Assembly (NCBI GenBank): GCA_951406725.2
Contig: OX597822.1
Location: forward strand, 100,378,001-100,442,000
Source of the DNA: Octopus vulgaris
Taxonomy: Eukaryota
Length of the DNA: 64,000 nucleotides
Direction of reading: 5' to 3'
The notes beneath the pieces were generated by a model. That model was not told where the DNA came from. It searched no databases and was given only the letters and a program-made list of their open reading frames with translations. Below, piece by piece: positions 54,145 through 64,000 of the stretch (positions are counted from its first letter, which is position 1; each line of letters opens with the position of its first letter). Made by a program: the position numbers and the translations under genes.

Positions 54145-54546
54145 GTGGCTGTGTAATAAGTAGCTTGTTTACCAACCACATGGTTCCGGGTTCAGATCCA
54201 CTGCGCGGCACCTTGGGTAAGTGTCTTCTACTATAGCCTCGGGCCGACCAAAGCTTTGTGAGTGGATTTGGTAGACGGAAACTGAAAAGAAGCCCGTCGT
54301 ATATATGTATATATATATATATATATATACGTGTGTGTGTTTGTCTCCCTAGCATTGCTTGACAACCGATGCTGGTGTGTTTATGTCCCCGTTACTTAGC
54401 GGTTCGGCAAAAGAGACCGATAGAATAAGTACTGGGCTTACAAAAAGAATAAGTCCCAGGGTCGAGTTGCTCGTCTAAAGGCGGTGCTCCAGCATGGCCG
54501 CAGTCAAATGACTGAAACAAGTAAAAAGAGTAAAAAAAAAAGAGTA
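54145..54546 (+). mobile_element. SINE family A copy following family B fragments
   Basis: Family A sequence; family B-like remnants at ~53850-54143. Confidence 0.8.
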
Positions 54547-54849
54547 TAATAAAGTTATCCTTTCTACGTTTCTGCAGCTAAGCGTAGATTGAACGCTCGA
54601 CTGTCTTGTTTAAAGTCACAATTCGCTCTTTATTTTATTGAGTAAATTTCCACAAGGTCAACAATCTTTAGGGGAGGTAACTAGTCGATTACATTGGCCC
54701 TACTTTCTGACTGGTACATTATTTTATCAACCCCCCCAAAAGGATGAAAGGTAAATTTGTTATTGCGAGAAGATATAGATGCCATCTCAGTTGTCCGACC
54801 CTTAACCCAGCGGAACATTCAAGATAAGACAGCAGTAGAGTAATGGAGA

Positions 54850-54884
<35 letters not shown>

Positions 54885-55181
54885 GGAGAGAGAGAGAGAG
54901 AAAGAAAGAGAGAGAGAGGGAGAGAGAGAGAGAAAGAAAGAGGGAGAGAGGGAGAGAGAGAGAGAGTTACATCAGTCAGTGGCTAAGATCCATTTTCAAT
55001 CGAGCAGAATGAAGCGGCATGAAATGAAGACACAATGCACCACTCGTTCTAGGAATCGAACCCACGATCTTATGATAGCGAGCTAATGCTCGAACCACTA
55101 GGCCACGCCTAGGTAAAAAGACTTAAATTATAAGTCGTCCTTCATCAAAGAAAGTTCGAGTACTCTTGTACTGTGTACTAA

Positions 55182-55566
55182 GGAGGCGCAATGGCCCAGT
55201 GGTTAGGGCAGCGGACTCGCGGTCATAGGATCGCGGTTTCGATTCCCAGACCGGGCGTTGTGAGTGTTTATTGAGCGAAAACACCTAAAAGCTCCACGAG
55301 GCTCCGGCAGGGATGGTGGTGATCCCTGGTGTACTCTTTCACCACAACTTTCTCTCACTCTTACTTCCTGTTTCTGTGTACCTGTATTTCAAAGGGCCGG
55401 CCTTGTCACTCTCTGTGTCACGCTGAATATCCCCGAGAACTACGTTAAGGGTGCATGTGTCTGTGGAGTGCTCAGCCACTTACACGTTAATTTCACGAGC
55501 AGGCTGTTCCGTTGATTCGGATCAACCGGAACCCTCGTCGTCGTAACCGACGGAGTGCTTCCATCC
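55182..55566 (+). mobile_element. tRNA-derived SINE family C with 12-bp TSD
   Basis: A-box TGGCCCAGTGG, B-box GTTTCGATTCC. TSD ACTGTGTACTAA at 55170-55181 and 55567-55578. Confidence 0.9.
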
Positions 55567-57029
55567 ACTGTGTACTAATAGAAAACTGATCCAAAGTAGA
55601 TAATAATAAAAAAGTCGTATCATGGTAACTCCTCACACCACCAATCACTGAAAATGCTATTAGAAATGAATATTATATGATTTTTTGCGCTTTTTTTTTT
55701 GCAGTATCATCTCACAAGGGAACAGCGATTGGAAGATCAGATTTGATCTTTATAGACAAGAAAATACAAACGGAAAAAAAAGAAGAAAAAAACGAGTATG
55801 CAAGATTATCGATTTGTTGCCATAAGATAACAGATGAGAAACGAAAGAATGTTAAATATAACATTTCTGAATTTTTATCAGAAAATCGAAAGAATTCAAG
55901 GAATTGCGAGAGAAAGTTATTCCTGTTGTATTAGGAGCACCTGGTAAAAGCAACATTTGCCAAAAAAAGAAAAAAGTGTCTTTTAAGTGGTCTCTCGACT
56001 TGTTAGAAATAGCACCAGTTTCTCTCAAAACACATTCTATCATCTAGTAACAAAAAGTAAAGAGCGAGTTCCAGTCATGACTTCCCTGTCTTTTAATCCT
56101 GCAGATGCTTTGTTGGAATAAAAGGCAGGATAGTCACGGATCGAAGGTAGATACGATCAATTAGAGCTTAGCTTGTGTTAAACAACAACAAGACAAAACC
56201 CGTCAGGGGTGACTGTGTGGTTGCTTGACTTCATAGAAATAGCATCCAAATAGCCCTCAAATTGCACCCAACAGCTTTAAATAAGGAAGTAGATATCCGA
56301 CAATGTAGTAATTAATATATAAAAAAGATGAGATAGTCACGGTTAGAAAGCCTCTGATCATAGGTTTGTTCAATTTTGAGTTGGCCTGGACTTAAGCAAC
56401 AACGCAAGGAACAACAAAACGACAAAAGCAACGCCGCTAAGTGGATTTGAGCTCCTGACTCCGTAGTCTAGTACTATATTATACAAGGCCATTTTTTTCC
56501 GCTGTTACACAAGTACAAAGTACAATCAGCTATCACGAGCAAAATTTCGGTTTGGTAAAATGTACTGAAATGAGCTTCAACTAAATTGTTTTAGACATCT
56601 GTGTTGTTGCGAGGAGACATATACACTCACTCGGTTCCCTCCCTCTTGATGTAACAGAATATTCAAGATGTGGCGGAGAGAGAGTGGGGGAGGGGGAAAG
56701 AGAGAGGGCTGCACCAGAATCCATCTGGTATTTATTACCGGTGAGTAGATTGGCACAACATAAAACGGAGTGACTTATTCAAGGATACAACGCGCCGCCC
56801 TACTCAGGAATTGAACCCACTGCATTACACGCAAACCATTAGACCGTTCACTAGCCGAGGACTCCAAATCCTGAAGCCGTACATTAGCCGAAGATTCTAA
56901 CCATGAGGTCATATACTCAGTGGGGTACCACAGAAATGGTAAATGGTTTACGGCACAAAAGAAATCACTTTAAACTTACTAAAATAATATTCGCGATGCC
57001 TTATTTATACCAAGTATAGCGGCAGATTA

Positions 57030-57267
57030 ATTTTGAGGATTTGATCAAAGACTTTGCAATTAAATAAAAGTAGGAGAAAACTATTCAAATATAAATAAAG
57101 TTGAAGTATACAAAAATAAGCATTATTTTCCATCTTACGGCCGGTTTTGTTTTATTTTGAAAAATAAAAAGATCTATTTTTATTGTTTATATTTTGAATT
57201 ACATTTATATGGGGGCACCAACATCTTTTAAGTGCTTCGGGCTTCTATGGGTCTTAATCCGGCTCTG
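57030..57267 (+). mobile_element. hAT-like transposon 3' remnant
   Basis: RQINFEDLIKDFAI (resembles the end of the hAT dimerisation domain) and terminus TAATCCGGCTCTG. Confidence 0.5.
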
Positions 57268-57503
57268 CGTAACTTGCCAAAGATCTAACCCAACGGTTCT
57301 CAACTAATTTTTACCTGTGGACCCTTTTGATTCCCATTTTATTCTTGTGGACCCTATAACCATTCGATGTATAAAATCTAGTTTTACAGGAAATTCTTTC
57401 CAAATTCTTAATTTGTTTTTCACGCGTTTAGTTGTATAGGTTTGCCATAGCACTCACTGAGAGAACATGTTTCAGTGGCTGGAAAAGTGTTGAGCTATGT
57501 AAA

Positions 57504-57894
57504 TGGGATGGAAGCACTCCGTCGGTTACGACGATGAGGGTTCCGGTTGATCCGAATCAACGGAACAGCCTGCTCGTGAAATTAACGTGTAAGTGGCTGA
57601 GCACTCCACAGACACGTGTACCCTTAACGTAGTTCTCGGGGATATTCAGCGTGACACAGAGAGTGACAAGGCCGGCCCTTTGAAATACAGGTACAACAGA
57701 AACAGGAAGTAAGAGTGAGAGAAAGTTGTGGTGAAAGAGTACAGCAGGGTTCACCACCATCCCCTGCCGGAGCCTCGTGGAGCTTTTAGGTGTTTTCGCT
57801 CAATAAACACTCACAACGCCCGGTCTGGGAATCGAAACCGCGATCCTATGACCACGAGTCCGCTGCCCTAACCACTGGGCCATTGCGCCTCCAC
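57504..57894 (-). mobile_element. SINE family C with 13-bp TSD, inserted in a small TIR element (~57292-57928)
   Basis: Near-identical reverse complement of 55182-55566. TSD TGAGCTATGTAAA at 57491-57503 and 57895-57907. Host element ends CGGTTCTCAAC ... GGTGAACCACCG. Confidence 0.88.
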
Positions 57895-58379
57895 TGAGCT
57901 ATGTAAAACCCCGGTGGTGAACCACCGATCCAGTCGCTCGGCCGTGCACTAGCCGAAGTCTCTAACCGCTAGGCCGTGTGCCTTCACTTCCATTACTATA
58001 GACAGAGTAGAAATAACAAATTGTGTTAGTCAATTTTAAATAGAGCTAACTTCATCAGTCGATCTGTACTGATAATATAATAAACTATCATTAGGATATT
58101 AGTCTGCTGCTCATTTAACCGTGATGTATTCTCGCTTACACAGGAAACTATAATTTGATCAAACGAGCCATCATGAAAGAGCGTAGGTAATTTCACTGCA
58201 GACTTTAGAGTTCCAATTATTAGTTTAATCAGCGCTGCGTTTAAAGAGATTAAGCTTTGCTCTCTGGCTTTTTGGTACATCAAATATTGGAAAGAAGTGA
58301 CGACAACAACAACAACAACAACTCTAATAATGGTTTCAAATTTTGGCACAATGCCAGGAGTTTCAGGAAAGGAGATAAA

Positions 58380-58668
58380 TCGGTTACATCGACCCCAGTG
58401 CTTTTATTAGTAGATATTTTATTGACCCCGAAAGGATGAGAGGCAAAGTCGACCTCGGCGGAGTTTGAACCCAGAACGTAACGGCAGACGAAAACGGATT
58501 AAGTCGATTACATCGACCCCCAGTGCGTAACTGGTACATAATTTATCGACCCCGAAAGGATGAAAGGTAAAGTCAACCTCGGCGGAATTTGAACTCAGAA
58601 CGCAGCGGCGGACGAAATACAACAAAGCATTTCGCCCGGCTTGGTAACGTTTCTGCCAGCTCGCCGCC
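58380..58668 (-). mobile_element. SINE family B, partial tandem copies
   Basis: Reverse complement of family B, ending CTGCCAGCTCGCCGCC. Confidence 0.75.
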
Positions 58669-58677
58669 TCAACAACA

Positions 58678-59762
<1,085 letters not shown>

Positions 59763-59954
59763 CGCAACGGATTTCCATACAATTTCCGTCTATTAAATTC
59801 CCTCGCAAGACCTTAGTCGGCGCCGGGCTATAGTAGAAGAAACTTGCACAAGTCACTGAGCAGTAGGACAGAACCTGAAACCAAGTGGCTGCAAAGCGAA
59901 CTTCTTAACCATACAACCGTATGTATGTATGTATGTATGTATGTATTTTTTTTT

Positions 59955-60360
59955 TTTACTTGTTTCAGTCATTTGACTGCGGCCATGCTGGAGCACCGCC
60001 TTTAGTCGAGCAAATCGACTCCGGGACTTATTCTTTGAAAGCCCAGTACTTATTCTATCGGTCTCTTTTGCCGAACCGCTAAGTGACGGGGACGTAAACA
60101 CATCAGCATCGGTTGTCAAGCAATGCTAGGGGGACAAAAACACACACACACACACACACACACATACGCACACATATATATATATATACATATATACGAC
60201 AGGCTTCTTTCAGTTTCCGTCTACCAAATCCACTCACAAGGCATTGGTCGGCCCGGGGCTATAGCAGAAAACACTTGCCCAAGATGCCACGCAGTGGGAC
60301 TGAACCCAGAACCATGTGGTTGGTTAGCAAGCTACTTACCACACAGCCACTCCTGCGCCT
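59955..60360 (-). mobile_element. SINE family A, full length
   Basis: Reverse complement of family A. Confidence 0.85.
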
Positions 60361-60641
60361 ATGTATGTATGTATGTATGTATGTATGTATGTATGTATGT
60401 ATGTATGTATGTATGTATGTTGTATCTATGTATACACACAGACGCACACACAGAGTTTTGAAGCAAAAACTCAATATAAAGAGAAGTTTGAAAAATTCTC
60501 ATAAAAATTCCAATGATATTGGAAGGATATTTTCAAAGAGATATTCGCAATTGAGAAATTGTGAAATTTTTATATTTCGAATACAAACGTGGAAATTGAG
60601 GTAGTTAACCTGTTTGCCCGATTTTGCATTACCATTTAATA

Positions 60642-60730
<89 letters not shown>

Positions 60731-61441
60731 TAAAACAATAAATGCAAAACAGAACCTACCTGGTGACATTTGCGGCTTTTTCATCTTTTCTTTTCTGCTT
60801 CTGCTGTTTTCCACTTCGTGACTCTGGTTATATTCATTATATGTAAAATAGATTCTTTGAAATATATAATTTTAAGTTTCATGATTATATATCTGTAAAA
60901 TTTAATAAAATCTAATAAAATTTAACTAATTTTAAGAGCCTTTAAGTAATATGGATCTGAGTCAATACTTAAAACAGAAATTAAATACGTTGAGTGTTTC
61001 TTTTGTTTGTTCACCCACTCCTATGTATGTTTGTATTTGTTGCCTTATACACGAGCGCGTTCGCAGACATTCATCATACATACGCACACATACACTCACA
61101 TACATATATACATACCTATATACATACATACGTATAGACGTTCATGCAGCTGAACTTGGAATCTTGGAAAGAGAATGCAGATTGTTGGTTCATATACTAC
61201 AAATGATCACGATATCTGGAACTATAAAAATTTGCAAGACCAAGGATAAAGGTTAAATTAATATACTTTTCTTCATAACCTTGCTACCAAATCGGTAGCC
61301 GGTTGAAAACTTTACTCTAAATTAAAAAGAGGAAGAGAACATACATACATACATACATACATACATACATACATACATACATACATACATACATACATAC
61401 ATACATACATAAATATAAGAGAACAAGGTGTACGTACGCTG

Positions 61442-61476
<35 letters not shown>

Positions 61477-62076
61477 AAATGGGACAAGAACGCAAAACAT
61501 TCAAATAGACGATACAAAAAACACGGACGGGTCATTCGAAGCTTCTAATCTTCAGTCAAGAACTGGATCATCCTCGCAGTTTCGTCTGATTAATCTTGAG
61601 ATTGCTCCAATCTGGCCAGCCCCAAGGAAAAACTAAGCTACGGGCATTAGATTTCTTGGAAAAAGGATCGAATGTATACGAAACATGGACAGAAAAACGG
61701 ACGATGTTACACGAATATAAATACAAAACAAAAACCAAAAATAATACGAATATAAATACAAAAAACAATAATAATACATACATACATACACACATACATA
61801 CATACATACATACATACATACATACATACATACATACATACATACATACATACATACATACATACACACATACATACACACATACATACATACATACATA
61901 CATACACACATACACACACACATACATACATACATACATACATACATACATACATACACACATACATACATACATACATACATATATACATACATACATA
62001 CATACATACATACATACATACATACATACATACACACATACATACATACATACATACACACATACATACACACATA

Positions 62077-64000
62077 CCATTTCTGCTTAATGCCCAAGGC
62101 ATCAGCCCTTCCACCAATACACAAAAATGGAAGATAAGATTCCTGGAGGACTGGGTCGAGGCCCATCCAAACCACATCCCTTTCTTCGTCCTCACTGAAA
62201 CCCATCTTAGTGACCTCCACTTGGAAGCCGAGGTGAAAGTTAAAAATTTCAAAACCATTCGTGCTGATCGTGTTGGCAGAAGAAAGGGTGGGACTGCCAT
62301 TTATGTCCATGATTCATTCTCAACAGAAGCCATGAACATATTTTCGAATGGATACTGCGAAGCAGTCGCTGTATTCAGTCAAACCAACAACTTAACAGTA
62401 GTTGGGCTCTACAGACCACCCCAAACGCCCCTACCATGCTTCAAGGAATGCCTCAACAGCATAAAGTGTTTCATTCAGCAGTGTCAACCTGACAACATTT
62501 TAATGATGGGAGATTTCAACCTTCCCGGGGTTGACTGGTCTACAAACAGTCTGCCGCCAGGTTCTTCTCTCTCAACCCCTGACAGGGAGGCAGTGGAATC
62601 GCTTCTTGACTTCATGGATGACTTCTTCTTGTCCCAACTGGTACTCGAACCAACGAGATGTCACAAAAACGTCTTAGACTTAATTTTCAGCAATCACACT
62701 GATACTATCCACAATATTGCAGTGGAGAAAACCCTACTCTCCGACCATGACATGGTTCTCTGTGATCTGAGATTTCACTGGCCAAAATGCAAAACAAATG
62801 TCATCCCTCCTGTTCATCCATTTGACACTATGGATTTCCACAATGCAAACTGGGAAGCGATCAATAATGATCTTGCACAAGTCGATTGGTCCTTCACGCA
62901 CACATACACACCCACTAACATCAAAAAGTCCTGGCAGTCACTTGTAGACACCATCACGAACATATGTGCAAGACACACCCCATTAAGATCTGCAAACAAA
63001 TCTAAGTGTCGAATCCCTAGAAATAGAAAATCTCTCATAAGGAAAATTAAAAGAATCAACAAAAAGATCAACATGCTGAAATACTGTCAACAGCAACACA
63101 CCAACCTGACTGCCATCTCGTCGCTAGAGATTAAAAAACATAAACTCCAAAACAACATGATGTCTATCATCAATAGTCAGCGAAGAGCTGAAGAGGCCTG
63201 GGCCATTGAGAAGATCAAACTCAATCCCAAAGTGTTCTTTTCATTTGCAAAAAAACACAGAGTCACTGGTTCTACTGTTGGCCCTCTGATTGATGAAAAT
63301 GGTATTCTTCAAGACAATGCCAAAACCATGGGAGAAATATTGCAGAAACAATATTGCTCTGTTTTCAGCAATCCTGATATGACTGATCTGGGCTGTATCA
63401 GTGATGTTACTCCCCAATACACTTTATCGGACATAACATTTGGCGCTCCTGATGTCTTAGCAGCAATAAAGGAAATGAAGCATAATTCAGCAGTAGGTCC
63501 CGATAGGTTCCCTGCTTGTGTCTTGAAGATGTGTCAAAACCAACTTGCACCCCCTCTAGCCAATCTGTGGCGGAACTCATTGGATGCTGGATATATACCA
63601 GAAGACCTTCTATCCCAGTCTGTTGTCCCAGTTTTCAAAAAAGGAAACAAATCGCTTGCCGTGAATTACCGTCCAATCTCACTCACCTCTCATATCATCA
63701 AGGTATTTGAGAGGGTGCTGAGATCGCGTATGACTCACTTCCTTGAGAGTCATAATATGCTGAACCCCAACCAGCATGGATTCCGTAATGTGAGAGATTG
63801 CCTGACGCAGCTACTGCATCATTTTGATGACATTTTGAGAGCCTTGGGAGAGGGTTCCAACACTGATGTCATCTACCTTGATTTCAGCAAGGCCTTTGAC
63901 AGGGTTGATCATAAGATCCTTCTGAGAAAGCTGTCCAATATTGGTGTCACTGGAAAGCTGCTGCAATGGATCAAGTGCTTCCTCTCTAACAGAACCCAAC
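62077..64000 (+). mobile_element. CR1/Jockey-group LINE ORF2 (APE endonuclease + reverse transcriptase), open to the window end
   Basis: One reading frame: LNAQG..VLTETHL..RADR..KGGTAIYV..GLYRPP..GDFNLP..EPTR..LDLIF..SDHDMV (APE), then GPD..PVFKKG..NYRPISLTS..KVFE..QHGFR..IYLDFSKAFDRVDH (RT). No stop seen; probably absent from the ORF track because it runs off the window. Confidence 0.93.

Noticed and set aside
55182-55256. tRNA gene
   Set aside because: It is the tRNA-like head of a ~385-bp SINE with TSDs; the acceptor stem does not pair properly.
61475-61720. Hammerhead ribozyme in a Penelope-like fragment
   Set aside because: CTGAAGA and GAAAC occur on the minus strand, but not in an order and pairing that builds a valid fold.

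Overview
Repeat-dense, AT-rich eukaryotic (metazoan) DNA. The tRNA-derived SINE families and microsatellite load resemble an octopus/cephalopod genome (inference). Host coding sequence is scarce: one probable terminal exon of a 2-hydroxyacid dehydrogenase (242-328) and a few weak exon candidates. Most ORFs in the track are microsatellite or SINE artefacts. The centre of the window is an 11.3-kb (TTAGGG)n array (24519-35808), followed by a 100-N gap. The array is punctuated about 25 times by one constant 31-nt non-telomeric spacer. Array plus gap sit between the two terminal inverted repeats of a mariner transposon (24383-36227), and the spacer looks like that mariner's own 5'UTR/start-codon segment. 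About 1.4 kb upstream of the array is a 13-copy, 246-bp head-to-tail satellite built from a whole SINE. Also present: a canonical minimal hammerhead ribozyme, Penelope-like remnants, an open APE-RT LINE ORF, CR1-like and RTE-like LINE fragments (one with three C2H2-like fingers), tandem Helitron-like elements, several MITEs and many SINEs and microsatellites.
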